NCBI GenBank assembly: GCA_016715985.1
Contig: JADJXD010000005.1
Span: 13,299-77,298 of the forward strand
Reading direction: 5' to 3'
DNA: 64,000 nucleotides
Source: Saprospiraceae bacterium
GTDB lineage: Bacteria > Bacteroidota > Bacteroidia > Chitinophagales > Saprospiraceae
In this document: positions 9,801 to 17,611 of the stretch, piece by piece
How positions within the stretch are numbered: position 1 is the first letter of the stretch
Layout: each line of letters begins with the position of its first letter
Position numbers and translations under genes: made by a program
Notes under the pieces: generated by a model
Database searches by the model: none
What the model was told of the DNA's origin: nothing
Seen by the model: only the letters and a program-made list of their open reading frames with translations

Positions 9801-10383
9801 AAAATGTATCAATTTTTTGATTATCTGCCCCACCTGAAACCACAACATATTTGGCTGCTTGCCCATCGCTTGAAAGGCTTAATTTAATGGTGTCGGCTGC
9901 ATAGGAAAATGTGTCAATCGTTTGGATTTCATTTATAGAACTCGAATCTCCTAAAGTGATCGAAGGGCTATTTTGTAAATTGATTGTTCCTTTTCCAGCC
10001 GTGATACTTAAATCTTGGGTGTCTCCACCGGATGATGTAAGCAAAACCCATGAGGCTCCGTCATATCTCCAAACTTCATTCGATGCATTTATTACAACCC
10101 AGCTCTGTTTATCTCCGGGTGTGTATGCTGGTGTTCCTGATCCACCAATCAATTGCACACGAAAACCAGCCTTTTCCCAATCTGCTGCATCCCGGTTGTA
10201 TTCGTACCAGTGCCCGGTAGTTGTGTCAATTGCGATTTCTGCGTAATAATCTACATCGACCGCCACGCCAGGCACTCCGTTTGTATAGATGACTCCTGAT
10301 CCTTTTACAATAGCCTGAGCGTTTAGCCCGACTGTTGCAATGGTTAAAAATAATAGTGTAAGAAATAGGGTTATTTGTTTCAT
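3853..10383 (-). CDS. giant modular tail fibre / receptor-binding protein (allele 1, 2176 aa)
   Basis: N-terminal signal-like segment. At least 9 modules ending in YLDNTD. Repeated fibre motifs HTFNLPDASAS.RG....QTF.G.KTF and AKLHI.A...APIK..SGSL...EVGA.EF..DRLYFTKTTGATRETIAYLSD. Confidence 0.75.
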   Translation of the reverse strand: MKQITLFLTLLFLTIATVGLNAQAIVKGSGVIYTNGVPGVAVDVDYYAEIAIDTTTGHWYEYNRDAADWEKAGFRVQLIGGSGTPAYTPGDKQSWVVINASNEVWRYDGASWVLLTSSGGDTQDLSITAGKGTINLQNSPSITLGDSSSINEIQTIDTFSYAADTIKLSLSSDGQAAKYVVVSGGADNQKIDTFSLTGNDLKISVEDDGEAAKVVSLAGYLDNTDSQTIDTATFSNDTLTLSLSGDGQAAKKIQILSSGNQKVDTFDLSGTTLRISLEDDGEALHTVDLSGFLDDTDTQDLSITGGKGTINLVNGGSVTLNDSSATNELQTIDTFTISSNTLRLSLFNDGELYKTVDLSPYLDNTDAQTLTWNGGNGELTISGGNTVDLDGRYLQTEVDGSTSNEIQSLSITGGGGGTINLSLGGGSVTLNDSSSTNEIQTIDTFTRSNDTIYLSLSQDGQAQKYVTIPAGADNQTIDTFDISSNTLRISLEDDAQAFKSVNLAPYLDNTDTQDLTITGGGGTIRLVDGGSVVLNDSSATNELQTLSWNGGNGELTITPAGNTVDLDGRYLQSEVDGSTTNEIQNVDTFRVSNDSLFISLLNDGIAEKYVVIPGAADNQKIDTFEIAANILRISNEDDGEAFKSVSLAPYLDNTDTQDLTITGGGGTIRLVDGGSVVLNDSSATNEFQQVDTFDINNNYLRLSLQSDGVILDSVSLSPYLDNTDSQGFSGSDDGTTFTLDLSGTASDISFKEGTAITITRSGTELTFNANTGITSLNSQTGATQTFATGTSGSDFNISSGGNVHTFNLPDASASNRGAMTTTDQTFAGEKTFNDTLKIETGVQLSEYNAGGYKGLNINTNDGVQFGYLIHNTTSFGYTMINPNYISQSIAYSGTTSDTSLTLSGSNKIKYNFPRHSFRTGGTERMNISATGNVGLAGNGSTVDNPSAKLHIAAQGTAAGTAPIKFTSGSLNTSPEVGALEFNSDRLYFTKTTGATRETIAYLSDITGGVADGDYGDVDVTGSGTVWTVDTNSITSIKINDGAIATVDLADSSVTAVKIISNAIGADHITANSVGASELISTAVTPATYTLATLTVDADGRITSASNGSEVDGSVTNEIQTIDTFEIASNWLKASLSSDGVIYDSVNLAPYLDNTDGQNLTIEGAGPTYDIAISGGSDVTISGAGIITLSETPANTLVITATEVDGSTTNEAWTIDADDADTEVISNQTVKFEGVGIVVTDYDPALNKLFIEANEIDGSTSNEIQALTATAGKGTLRLDLGGGFVVLNDSSATNEIQTIDTFTRSNDTIFLSLLNDGENRKIITIPAGADNQTIDTFEIASNLLRLSLEDDAQVFKTVDLSPYLDNTDAQTLSYNSGTDEITISGGNTIDITEVDTDNQSIDTLDISNNYLRISLDDDGVIRDSVSLSAYLDNTDSQGFSGSDDGTTFTLDLSGTASDISFVEGSNITISRTGTALTINAASGFTTEDAQDAVGAMINASLQYVDGTPLLAINDRDFGDLTTSGSGLTWTIDNDVVTFAKFQNIATNKLVGRDAAGSGDATEIGVTGGIEFDASNNIQTSAFTGDVTKSAGGTALTIANDAVTFAKMQNISTGVLVGRYTGGTGDPQQLVVGNGLTISNDSLHATGSGITEINGLTGAVQTMVVGTAGTNFAISSSSTTHTFNLPDASASARGVVTTGSQTFGGAKTFNSSATFSAGSGSEIILNAGGNIHGYTNGNLTGPTARTSGGVDAVYNLGNATADYSLSAIVEPGGTLGSDGLEIYHLGTSYSTSGLFDNQSIVIRATALVTDGIRFIAEGSNAPIIFANEGTGTANEKMRIDGDGMVSISGGGTPITNPSAKLHIQAGSTAASSAPIKLNSGSLMSSAEVGAIEFLSDRLYFTKTTGATRETIAYLSDVTGGVSDGDKGDITVTSSGTVWTIDNNAVSFTEVQNGLMGDNDYISFNRGADFMMGYIKNYPSGAITNADRGFWFDDEVYLYANDSTNNIFSRIYSENGSWIIKNTKTTDECWIYANENYAQLYANDGTDNSKIDVESDSIYVLSDVINLKPQTLRIDINGSKGTAGQVLMSDGANADWQTITPSVITPSQITSEQDNYNPTGFGDANIVRVSSDGFWGITSMEAQTDGEEKTIVNVGDYNLYFARNTQMEQQPIAFIFRKI

Positions 10384-10387
10384 ATAA

Positions 10388-11182
10388 TTAAGGTTCTACA
10401 ATTTTTTTAATGGCTCCGAGTGGCATTCCGTAAACATTGCCAACAGAACACATATAAAAGTCTCCATAATCCAAGTCAACTTTTGCCAACGTATCACTTG
10501 CATAATAAGGCAGTACATTTTCAGGTGGAATAAATTTGCATCGTGGCGAACGGCCTTTGAATCCGACATTGGTGTCTATGCCTAAAATACCACCATCCAA
10601 ACCCGTTGGGCTGCCGTTGCTTTGTTCGATGAATCCGACATCCTGAATAATCTTTCGAACTATGCCCCATGCATAACCATAAGAATTATCGGCACTCAAT
10701 AAATAGTAATCTCCTTTATTAAACCAGCCCTGATTATGCGCTGCCGTATCGTTTGGAAAAAATAAAAGTGAATCGCAACAATTACACGGGTCTCCACCGC
10801 CACCCGTTGCGCCCTGAACTGCATAGCCTCCGACCAGTCTCCACGCTCCACGTTTCCATGTTAAATGAATTTCAAATGAATCAATCGGAACGCGAACGCC
10901 ATACATCCAAAATGGTGTCGAGCCTGTATTTCTTACTGTAACATCATCTCCCCAGGTTGTATCTGTTGGGGCCGGAAGTGAAAGGGTAATATCCGGTGTG
11001 TTTTGATCTATAATAAATGATGAGTAATGATCGACCGTTTCGTATGCTGTGCCGACCGGGCCACTCACCGTAATGTCTGCAATTTGTAGAGTGATCTTTT
11101 TTAATGCATCGTTTACAATATATTGGCCCGTTGCACAAAACGCAACTGTTGAAAACGCCAATATTTTTATAAATCCCTTCAT
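10388..11182 (-). CDS. secreted / virion-associated protein, unknown function
   Basis: 264 aa with signal peptide MKGFIKILAFSTVAFCATGQ. Lies immediately upstream of the fibre gene. Confidence 0.5.
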   Translation of the reverse strand: MKGFIKILAFSTVAFCATGQYIVNDALKKITLQIADITVSGPVGTAYETVDHYSSFIIDQNTPDITLSLPAPTDTTWGDDVTVRNTGSTPFWMYGVRVPIDSFEIHLTWKRGAWRLVGGYAVQGATGGGGDPCNCCDSLLFFPNDTAAHNQGWFNKGDYYLLSADNSYGYAWGIVRKIIQDVGFIEQSNGSPTGLDGGILGIDTNVGFKGRSPRCKFIPPENVLPYYASDTLAKVDLDYGDFYMCSVGNVYGMPLGAIKKIVEP

Positions 11183-11579
11183 TAATCTTTTTTAAAAACA
11201 GCACATTGATTTCTCGCCGTGCTGTTCCATTATTATGAATAAACCTACTCCAATTTACTTTTGCCCTTTTTTGCCTCCAATAATTCGCCACATCTTTATC
11301 ACTTCCTCCGATGTTTCCTTTCTCATCTCTTATCGGCCACTTACCCATCGGGCAATGTGTATCTTCGTAATGTGGTGGAAGCGAAAAAACATTTACACTT
11401 ACTTTGCTTTGGCTCTTTACTGAAATTACACAGGTGCATATTTTACATACACCATTTTCATTCATCGGGCAAGTGGAACAAACTGCTTTTCTTGCCTCCG
11501 TTAACTTTGGATCATCCAGCCATTCTTTTACAAGTAGCTTTCGACCGATAAATGATTTCGCCTCTGTAACTAAATGCAT
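10944..11579 (-). CDS. Cys-rich small protein; the annotated 3' half is probably an artefact
   Basis: CSTCP..GVCKICTC motifs in the first ~110 aa. The ORF then runs through a terminator hairpin and 240 nt of the next gene. Removing one base from the T6 run at 11267-11272 would give a stop near 11250. Confidence 0.4.
   Translation of the reverse strand: MHLVTEAKSFIGRKLLVKEWLDDPKLTEARKAVCSTCPMNENGVCKICTCVISVKSQSKVSVNVFSLPPHYEDTHCPMGKWPIRDEKGNIGGSDKDVANYWRQKRAKVNWSRFIHNNGTARREINVLFLKKINEGIYKNIGVFNSCVLCNGPIYCKRCIKKDHSTNCRHYGEWPGRHSIRNGRSLLIIYYRSKHTGYYPFTSGPNRYNLGR
11194..11226 (-). terminator. candidate rho-independent terminator
   Basis: Minus strand: AACAGCAC-N14-GUGCUGUU followed by UUU. Lies just upstream of the ATG at 11182. 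Confidence 0.35.
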
Positions 11580-11581
11580 CG

Positions 11582-12265
11582 TTAGTGTTTAAATGCAAAT
11601 CTTCTTCTTTGGCTGCCTTGTACCGTTGTACAATCTCCGCAATCCAAAAAACTAACTTTAGCAGTACGGTAATCATATCCCGTTGCCGGGTTTGAATCGT
11701 ATTTATCCTGCTGCTCTTTTATGTATTCGATCATCTCCTCTGTGATGATATTTATATTTTCTTTTAATGCCCGTAAGGCCATGTCAAGGCTTTTGTAATC
11801 GGCTCCGACTGTATTGGAATTATCTTCTGTTTGAATTACTGCGCCCTTGCCTGTGAATTTTACAGTCTCCTGTGGCACTATCGACCGGATCACTTCATTT
11901 GCGATAATTGGCCGTAAGTAAATTTTCCAAAGGTTATTGTATTCGGCAACTGAAAACTTTGTGGCTGGTTTCCATTTAGTGGCAACCAACGAAGGTTCCT
12001 CTGTATTTGAATTATGAGTACTTTCGTATAAATCATCTTCCCACCAGCGCATATCTCCAATTGAATAACTGCCGGCTGTCCATTGCGCTTTGTTTTCCCA
12101 ATTATTCTTTACACCCTGTAAAACCAAATAAAAATCGTTACCTACACAACTGCGAAAAAATCGCTGCTCGATAATTGGGATCATGCGAGTTGCCTTGTCA
12201 GGGGGAAAACTCCTCTCCGCAAGGCTGTATCTAATTACCTCATTGGTTGTTATTATCGCTGACAT
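11582..12265 (-). CDS. structural-module protein, unknown function
   Basis: 227-aa ORF tightly packed between the portal candidate and the fibre region. Confidence 0.45.
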   Translation of the reverse strand: MSAIITTNEVIRYSLAERSFPPDKATRMIPIIEQRFFRSCVGNDFYLVLQGVKNNWENKAQWTAGSYSIGDMRWWEDDLYESTHNSNTEEPSLVATKWKPATKFSVAEYNNLWKIYLRPIIANEVIRSIVPQETVKFTGKGAVIQTEDNSNTVGADYKSLDMALRALKENINIITEEMIEYIKEQQDKYDSNPATGYDYRTAKVSFLDCGDCTTVQGSQRRRFAFKH

Positions 12266-12316
12266 CTTGCATTGGTGTTTGAGGTTTTTCCAATTTGGTT
12301 TCCTGCGCTGCTTTCA

Positions 12317-13630
12317 TCAGGTGGTCGAATGGATTTTTACTTTCGATTCCTGTCTCCAAAATTCTTGCTTCATGGTCTGTTCTGCCACAAAACGAATTGC
12401 TTTATTTATGACATCGTTGTCAATTATGCTTTGATAATACTCAAGGATGGGTAGTTTCGTTTTTAGCTCGTCTATGAATGCGGATGTGCTTAGTCCTGTG
12501 TTGGCGTCCAGTCCGAGTAGTTTTCTTGAAAGGCCATTTGTAACGATTATATTGTCCGTTGCAATGGTGTCCATGACCTTGTAATAATCATGCTGGGTGT
12601 TTATATTGAACTCATGCACAAATGCAGGGGTGGCAGTCGCTGGTCGTGATGACATTAAAATACTTGTTGGGTCATCTCCCTGATTTGAGAAGTTATTTAT
12701 CCATCTATCATGTGCGCTTCCAAACCCGGCTTTTTTTGCTTCTTCATCATCGGTTGCAGTGTTGCCTCCGAGATCATCTGCAAATTCGATGAGAACCTTT
12801 CCGGTGAAATTATTATGCGCTGCTTTTAACAGATACTCTTTGTTTTTTATTTCCAAAAATGCATCCATTGAACAAGGCCACCAATCGGGCCGACCATAAA
12901 ATTCATTCTCTCCGAGTTTTACATGAATCATTGTACGGGTTGAACCGTCTTTGTCTTTACTGTAAAAAGGAAAAGTCGGAATTAAATCAGGCGCATTTTC
13001 TTTTAAGTATCTTCGATCCCAACTCCGAGAAACAGCAACCTGCTTTGGTTCAAATAAATTTGGAATCTTGTATAAACAATGTTTCGTGGGGTGAAACTTT
13101 AATACTGTTTTATACTGACCCATTGACTGCATAATTCTTACTTCGAGCCATGCGTTACCATTGGATTTTAAACTTCTGAAAAGTGAGTGCTTTAATGAAC
13201 TCCAATCTCTTGACGGAATATCAAAGGTTTTTACCCATTCCAAGAATTTTAGTTTCTCATCCTTTGGAAGTGGTGTTTCTTTTTCGCCTTCCTCCAATAA
13301 ATCAAAATCGGTGTCAACTATTTTTTTGATATTCGACTTACCACCGAAACATAAAAATGTAAGTGAATTTATTACACCTCCGAGGGTCGGAGATAATAAT
13401 GCAAGGTTATCAATAAAACGTAAAACCGTATGCTGACTATCGTGTGAATAACCGGCATACGGAACATAGTCGTTTTTTTCAAAAAATGATTGAAGCTGCT
13501 TAGTGTCCTGACACTCCTCAGCGATCGGATCAATGAGCGTGAAATTCTTTAGCGCAACATTTGTTTTGCTATATGCTTTCCATGCAACATTGCATTTGGG
13601 GCAACCATTTGTACAATAGTTACAGGCCAC
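12317..13630 (-). CDS. portal protein candidate
   Basis: 437 aa. The segment GENEFYGRPDWW...KEYLLKAAHNNFTGKVLIEF resembles the conserved YG.P.w...ff.N core of PBSX/P2-type portals. Recognised by eye only. Confidence 0.5.
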   Translation of the reverse strand: MACNYCTNGCPKCNVAWKAYSKTNVALKNFTLIDPIAEECQDTKQLQSFFEKNDYVPYAGYSHDSQHTVLRFIDNLALLSPTLGGVINSLTFLCFGGKSNIKKIVDTDFDLLEEGEKETPLPKDEKLKFLEWVKTFDIPSRDWSSLKHSLFRSLKSNGNAWLEVRIMQSMGQYKTVLKFHPTKHCLYKIPNLFEPKQVAVSRSWDRRYLKENAPDLIPTFPFYSKDKDGSTRTMIHVKLGENEFYGRPDWWPCSMDAFLEIKNKEYLLKAAHNNFTGKVLIEFADDLGGNTATDDEEAKKAGFGSAHDRWINNFSNQGDDPTSILMSSRPATATPAFVHEFNINTQHDYYKVMDTIATDNIIVTNGLSRKLLGLDANTGLSTSAFIDELKTKLPILEYYQSIIDNDVINKAIRFVAEQTMKQEFWRQESKVKIHSTT

Positions 13631-13633
13631 ATC

Positions 13634-13990
13634 TTAAGGTTTTGAATTTGTGGAAACTGAATCTTTTACACTTTCTTTCGGTTGCTCTCGTTTATTTTGG
13701 TTTTTGTACCACTCGCAATTTTCGGAGAGCGAAGCCCTGACAACCTTTTCTTGGTCAGGGCTTAATTCTCCTATTTTGTTCGTTAACTCTGGACATGATT
13801 GCAGGATCAGTTTAAACTCCTCCTGTGTTGCTGCCGGAACAACTCTTTTACCATCCGGGTAAATTTTTGATTTGTTTACCTTGATATGTATATCCCAAGG
13901 TTTTAAATTCACAGGATAAACATTTCCTCCTGAATCAACAGGAATAACAAACGGTGCGTTGTCGGCCTTACAATTAATCAATCCAATCAT
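13634..13990 (-). CDS. head-module protein, unknown function
   Basis: 118-aa ORF, closely spaced with its neighbours. Confidence 0.4.
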   Translation of the reverse strand: MIGLINCKADNAPFVIPVDSGGNVYPVNLKPWDIHIKVNKSKIYPDGKRVVPAATQEEFKLILQSCPELTNKIGELSPDQEKVVRASLSENCEWYKNQNKREQPKESVKDSVSTNSKP

Positions 13991-14015
13991 AGTGTTGTGT
14001 TTTATCGGTTAATGA

Positions 14016-14609
14016 TTATGAGAAATTCAATGCGTTCAAATAAGTAGCGTGTACTGTGTCGATCTTAGTTGAGTATGCTAACTCTTTAGATTGACCTACA
14101 ATTTCCAGTGAAGCAAATTCATAGTCGTTGTTACCAACGCCGGACTGTGTGCCTGGCTTTGCTCTCAATGGAGTTGTGCATTTACGGAATGCACTTGTAG
14201 TTTTGTCTGTGTACTCAAATCCAAAGGCACGAATGGAGCCGGATTTGTACTCGACAAAAACAATCAAATCACATTCTGCTTTTAAGAGATTCAATGAATG
14301 GATTTTCTCTGCGGAAAGTCCTTCGTATTGAATGCTTATTTGAATGTCCACTGGTGTGCCGGGGTCTCCGGGTGTTTCGTTTACGAATGCAGTTTTGTTA
14401 TCTGAAAATTCGTATTCTGCCAGTCCGTTTGTTGCTGATAATGCAACTGCGGATATTTCATAGCCGGGTGCTGGTGTTCCTGCGAGTGCTGTTAGTGTGG
14501 CTGTGGCGAGTTCGCTGTAACGACCGATCCACAATTTGAGAATACCACCTATCTTATCATCGCATCCACCGGCGGCGGCTTGCGTTAAGTCCATTATTTT
14601 TGTTGACAT
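14016..14609 (-). CDS. head/tail structural protein, unknown function
   Basis: 197-aa ORF just downstream of the capsid candidate. Shares the AACACCC/TAACA leader motif with the capsid and scaffold genes. Confidence 0.45.
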   Translation of the reverse strand: MSTKIMDLTQAAAGGCDDKIGGILKLWIGRYSELATATLTALAGTPAPGYEISAVALSATNGLAEYEFSDNKTAFVNETPGDPGTPVDIQISIQYEGLSAEKIHSLNLLKAECDLIVFVEYKSGSIRAFGFEYTDKTTSAFRKCTTPLRAKPGTQSGVGNNDYEFASLEIVGQSKELAYSTKIDTVHATYLNALNFS

Positions 14610-14641
14610 TGTTAGGGTGTTTTAAGTGTTAAAAAATTGTG

Positions 14642-15895
14642 TTATGGCCTAACTGCGGTGTATGAAGCATTCACCATGTACTTGTCTCTCAAAATAGCGG
14701 TTGCCATTTGGTAATTCGTCTCAAGGAAGTATGCACCTCCATCTGATGGAGTTGGACTCTTTGTGATTGAAAGACCCATGCCAGCAAATTGATCCATTGC
14801 AGGAACATCCAACGCAAGACCAAGATTTTGTGGAACGGTCATCAATATTCTGTGATGATAAAATCCAACGGTACGTGCGATATGATCCCAATCTGATCTT
14901 TTTACAATCAACTTTCCTTTCCAAACAAATGCGTTGTGGGTAACTTTATTTTTTAGTTCGATTCCCAACTCATCCGCCACCATGCCATCCATATTGTAGC
15001 AAAGTGAACTCGCTAATCCTGGATATGCGCCTGTGATCTGTTCGACCAGTTTGTTAAAGATTCCGCTTGTTACAAATACTATGGGATGCTCATGTAATTC
15101 TTTTAGTCCATCCATTGCAACTGAAAATTCAGGATCTGCCAATGTTTCTAAATCATCAATCCACTGCAATGCGTCTCCGATGAATTTATCTCCATCCATT
15201 TCGCCACCGTCGAATGTGTTATTCAACCATGCGTGTGAACCATCTTTAAGAGCATCAATTTGTTTTAAGAATCCATCGCATGACTGCAATGTATCTTCAA
15301 CTCTGTCAAGTACTCCTTGTGATAATGCAAGTGGATTTGCTGCAACTGTCGCTGCAACTATTGGGTGATTTCCATGCCATGCAATTGAAGTGTAATCGTT
15401 TCCGATTGCTGCGATTGTGCGGTTTACGAATTGTTGGAAAATTGCCTCTCCGCCTTCGGTTGCTCGAATTTCGTTGAGATCATTTCCGGCTCCCCAAATG
15501 CTTGACCATGCAGCATCTAATTGAGCAACGATAGAGTCTTTACACAGTTTTAAAAATACATGATTCTTGCAAAGTGTTTTGCTGACCTCCGTCATTTCGT
15601 GATCTGTCAACGCTGTGCGTGAACAGTTTGAAGGTCGGGTCGTAGTTATCCAATTCAAAGAATCGAAAGAAGCCCAACGAGCTTTTCCACCGACTACATT
15701 GTCGGATATGTTGTAAGCTCCAATCATGTTTGCAATCAAGTCCTCCTTGTACACAAGGAATAATGCCAACAACTTGAGAGCCTCTGCGGAAGTAAATTGA
15801 ACTTGACCGCCGTTTGGTGCGCCGTTCGCTGCTCTTGACACGGCAGCGAATACACCATCAAAGTTTATGGGTTTAACCATTGTTGTTTGTGCCAT
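14642..15895 (-). CDS. major capsid protein candidate
   Basis: 417 aa, directly after the protease and coiled-coil scaffold ORFs. Call based on synteny only. Confidence 0.55.
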   Translation of the reverse strand: MAQTTMVKPINFDGVFAAVSRAANGAPNGGQVQFTSAEALKLLALFLVYKEDLIANMIGAYNISDNVVGGKARWASFDSLNWITTTRPSNCSRTALTDHEMTEVSKTLCKNHVFLKLCKDSIVAQLDAAWSSIWGAGNDLNEIRATEGGEAIFQQFVNRTIAAIGNDYTSIAWHGNHPIVAATVAANPLALSQGVLDRVEDTLQSCDGFLKQIDALKDGSHAWLNNTFDGGEMDGDKFIGDALQWIDDLETLADPEFSVAMDGLKELHEHPIVFVTSGIFNKLVEQITGAYPGLASSLCYNMDGMVADELGIELKNKVTHNAFVWKGKLIVKRSDWDHIARTVGFYHHRILMTVPQNLGLALDVPAMDQFAGMGLSITKSPTPSDGGAYFLETNYQMATAILRDKYMVNASYTAVRP

Positions 15896-15921
15896 AGTGT
15901 TAATTATTTAAAGGGTGTTAA

Positions 15922-16302
15922 TTACAATTTGATTTTCCACGTGGACTGAGGCGGTGGTGTCGCTTTCTTCTCTCCTGCTTTCTCAATCACATTTCCATCA
16001 CCGGAAATATTGATTCCTTTTGCTGCTTTGATTTCGTTGAGTTCTTTTCCGAAATCAGCACGGAATGACTCGATCTTTGTGTCGATGTCGGCAGAATTGA
16101 TTTTACTTTCAAGGTCATTCATACGGGATTGTATGATGTCCAATTTTGCATTCAGTTGTTCGATGACTTCTGCGCTTTCTGTTTTCAGTTGTTCTGCGAA
16201 CAGGTCGCTTTTCTTTTGGATTTCGTCTGCTGCAAAATTTGCAATTTGGTTTGCCACGTTGACAACCAAATCAGTTTTTAAATCATCGGATGCCTCCGTC
16301 AT
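15922..16302 (-). CDS. scaffolding protein candidate
   Basis: 126 aa, acidic and helical or coiled-coil, between the protease and capsid genes. Confidence 0.5.
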   Translation of the reverse strand: MTEASDDLKTDLVVNVANQIANFAADEIQKKSDLFAEQLKTESAEVIEQLNAKLDIIQSRMNDLESKINSADIDTKIESFRADFGKELNEIKAAKGINISGDGNVIEKAGEKKATPPPQSTWKIKL

Positions 16303-16413
16303 TTTCTGATGTACTTCGGCCTCTGTGCTTTCGGGATTGAGGCAAAGATTTCTTTTGCCTTACCCACTATTAAATCAAAAATTTCTGTTCTCATAGTGTT
16401 ACTTTAAAGGGTG

Positions 16414-17301
16414 TTATTTTAAATATACTTTTAGTCGTTTGATTGCCACATCTTCGCTGCCGATCATATCTGCAAGGCCACGTTTCTTTGCCTCTATGGC
16501 ATGAAACATTCCACCCCGTAAGGTTTCGTCTCGTTTTTTTATGGGCCTGTTTGATTCTACAAGTGATTGGAAAGCTTCTACACTTTCATTCAGCATTGCT
16601 TTGATTCCTGTTGAATCTCCTGTTTCTATGTAGCTGCGGAAACCAGAATTTTTGTCGCTCGACAAATCAGAATAGATGTCATCGAAGCGGTCTTTATATT
16701 GTTGTAAGAATTTCTTATCCAGCGAAACAAGTGCGCCAATGCTTCCAAGTCTTGACAGCTCACCACTTGCAACTATTTCTTTTACTCCGGCAATTGCCAT
16801 GTATGCAGCCGAGCCAGCATTATGAACATACGCCACAACAGGTTTTTTAAAATCCCTGATGGCATTGAACATTATTTGTCCTGCCATCGCTTCGCCACCA
16901 CCTGAATTTACTTCGAGTATCGCTCCTTCGATGTTTGGATTATCGCGATAAAAAAGTAAGTTGTTTGCAAGTTCCTGAACGCCCATTTGGCAAAGGCCAC
17001 CTTGAACGCTCATGTAATCGTTGAGAAATAATTTTACGATGCTGCCCTTTGGTAGTGATGATAATTTATCATCCTTCATATCATACAGATTTCCCGTTTC
17101 TACAATGCGTGAAAAATTGGGAGTGATATATTCTGATGTGATTGGCTTTATAAAAGCCTGTGAGTTTGTTTCGATTGCATGAGCAAATCGAGAAAGGTAG
17201 CCAAGCCCAAATACCGGGTCAATAGCGAGTTCTTTGCCGATAAGCAAAATGAGAGCCTTTTCTAAGGCGGTGCGGTTTTGGCTTTGTACTACCTCTGACA
17301 T
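16414..17301 (-). CDS. S49/ClpP-family serine peptidase (prohead protease)
   Basis: Motifs EVNSGGGEAMAG and HNAGSAAYMIA are typical of SppA/ClpP-fold peptidases. Head-module position. Confidence 0.7.
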   Translation of the reverse strand: MSEVVQSQNRTALEKALILLIGKELAIDPVFGLGYLSRFAHAIETNSQAFIKPITSEYITPNFSRIVETGNLYDMKDDKLSSLPKGSIVKLFLNDYMSVQGGLCQMGVQELANNLLFYRDNPNIEGAILEVNSGGGEAMAGQIMFNAIRDFKKPVVAYVHNAGSAAYMAIAGVKEIVASGELSRLGSIGALVSLDKKFLQQYKDRFDDIYSDLSSDKNSGFRSYIETGDSTGIKAMLNESVEAFQSLVESNRPIKKRDETLRGGMFHAIEAKKRGLADMIGSEDVAIKRLKVYLK

Positions 17302-17350
17302 TATTGGGATGTTGTCGGAGGTAAAGGTAATATATATAAATATTCCTAAT

Positions 17351-17611
17351 TTATCTACATACCTCTTTAGGTATAAAAATGCTACTCTTTTTCATTCCTA
17401 CTTTTATATTTTTAATGACTTGCCCGTGCAGTTTATATCTATGTGCAAGTATTCCGGTGCTTTCGCCGCGTTCAATGGTTTTTTTGACAAGTGTTTTTAA
17501 AATTTGATTATCCGTTAATGGACTTAAGAAATCAAAATCACACGGGCATGGTTCCATGATTCCGAGCGATTTTAAGAAATCCGTTCTAATCTTTTGGCTG
17601 CTTTCTGTCAT
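17351..17611 (-). CDS. small protein, unknown function
   Basis: 86-aa ORF overlapping the upstream stop by 4 nt. Confidence 0.4.
   Translation of the reverse strand: MTESSQKIRTDFLKSLGIMEPCPCDFDFLSPLTDNQILKTLVKKTIERGESTGILAHRYKLHGQVIKNIKVGMKKSSIFIPKEVCR

Noticed and set aside
10944-11182. A genuine 240-nt gene overlap between the Cys-rich ORF and the 264-aa secreted protein.
   Set aside because: The overlapping tail reads like junk and passes through a terminator-like hairpin (11197-11226). A 1-nt change in the T6 run at 11267-11272 gives a stop before the hairpin.
16303-16394. A 31-codon ORF (MRTEIFDLIVGKAKEIF..) upstream of the scaffold gene as an N-terminal extension of the scaffold through a frameshift.
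   Set aside because: This is possible (an A4 run sits at the junction), but the scaffold ORF has its own ATG and the fragment carries no recognisable motif. Evidence is insufficient.
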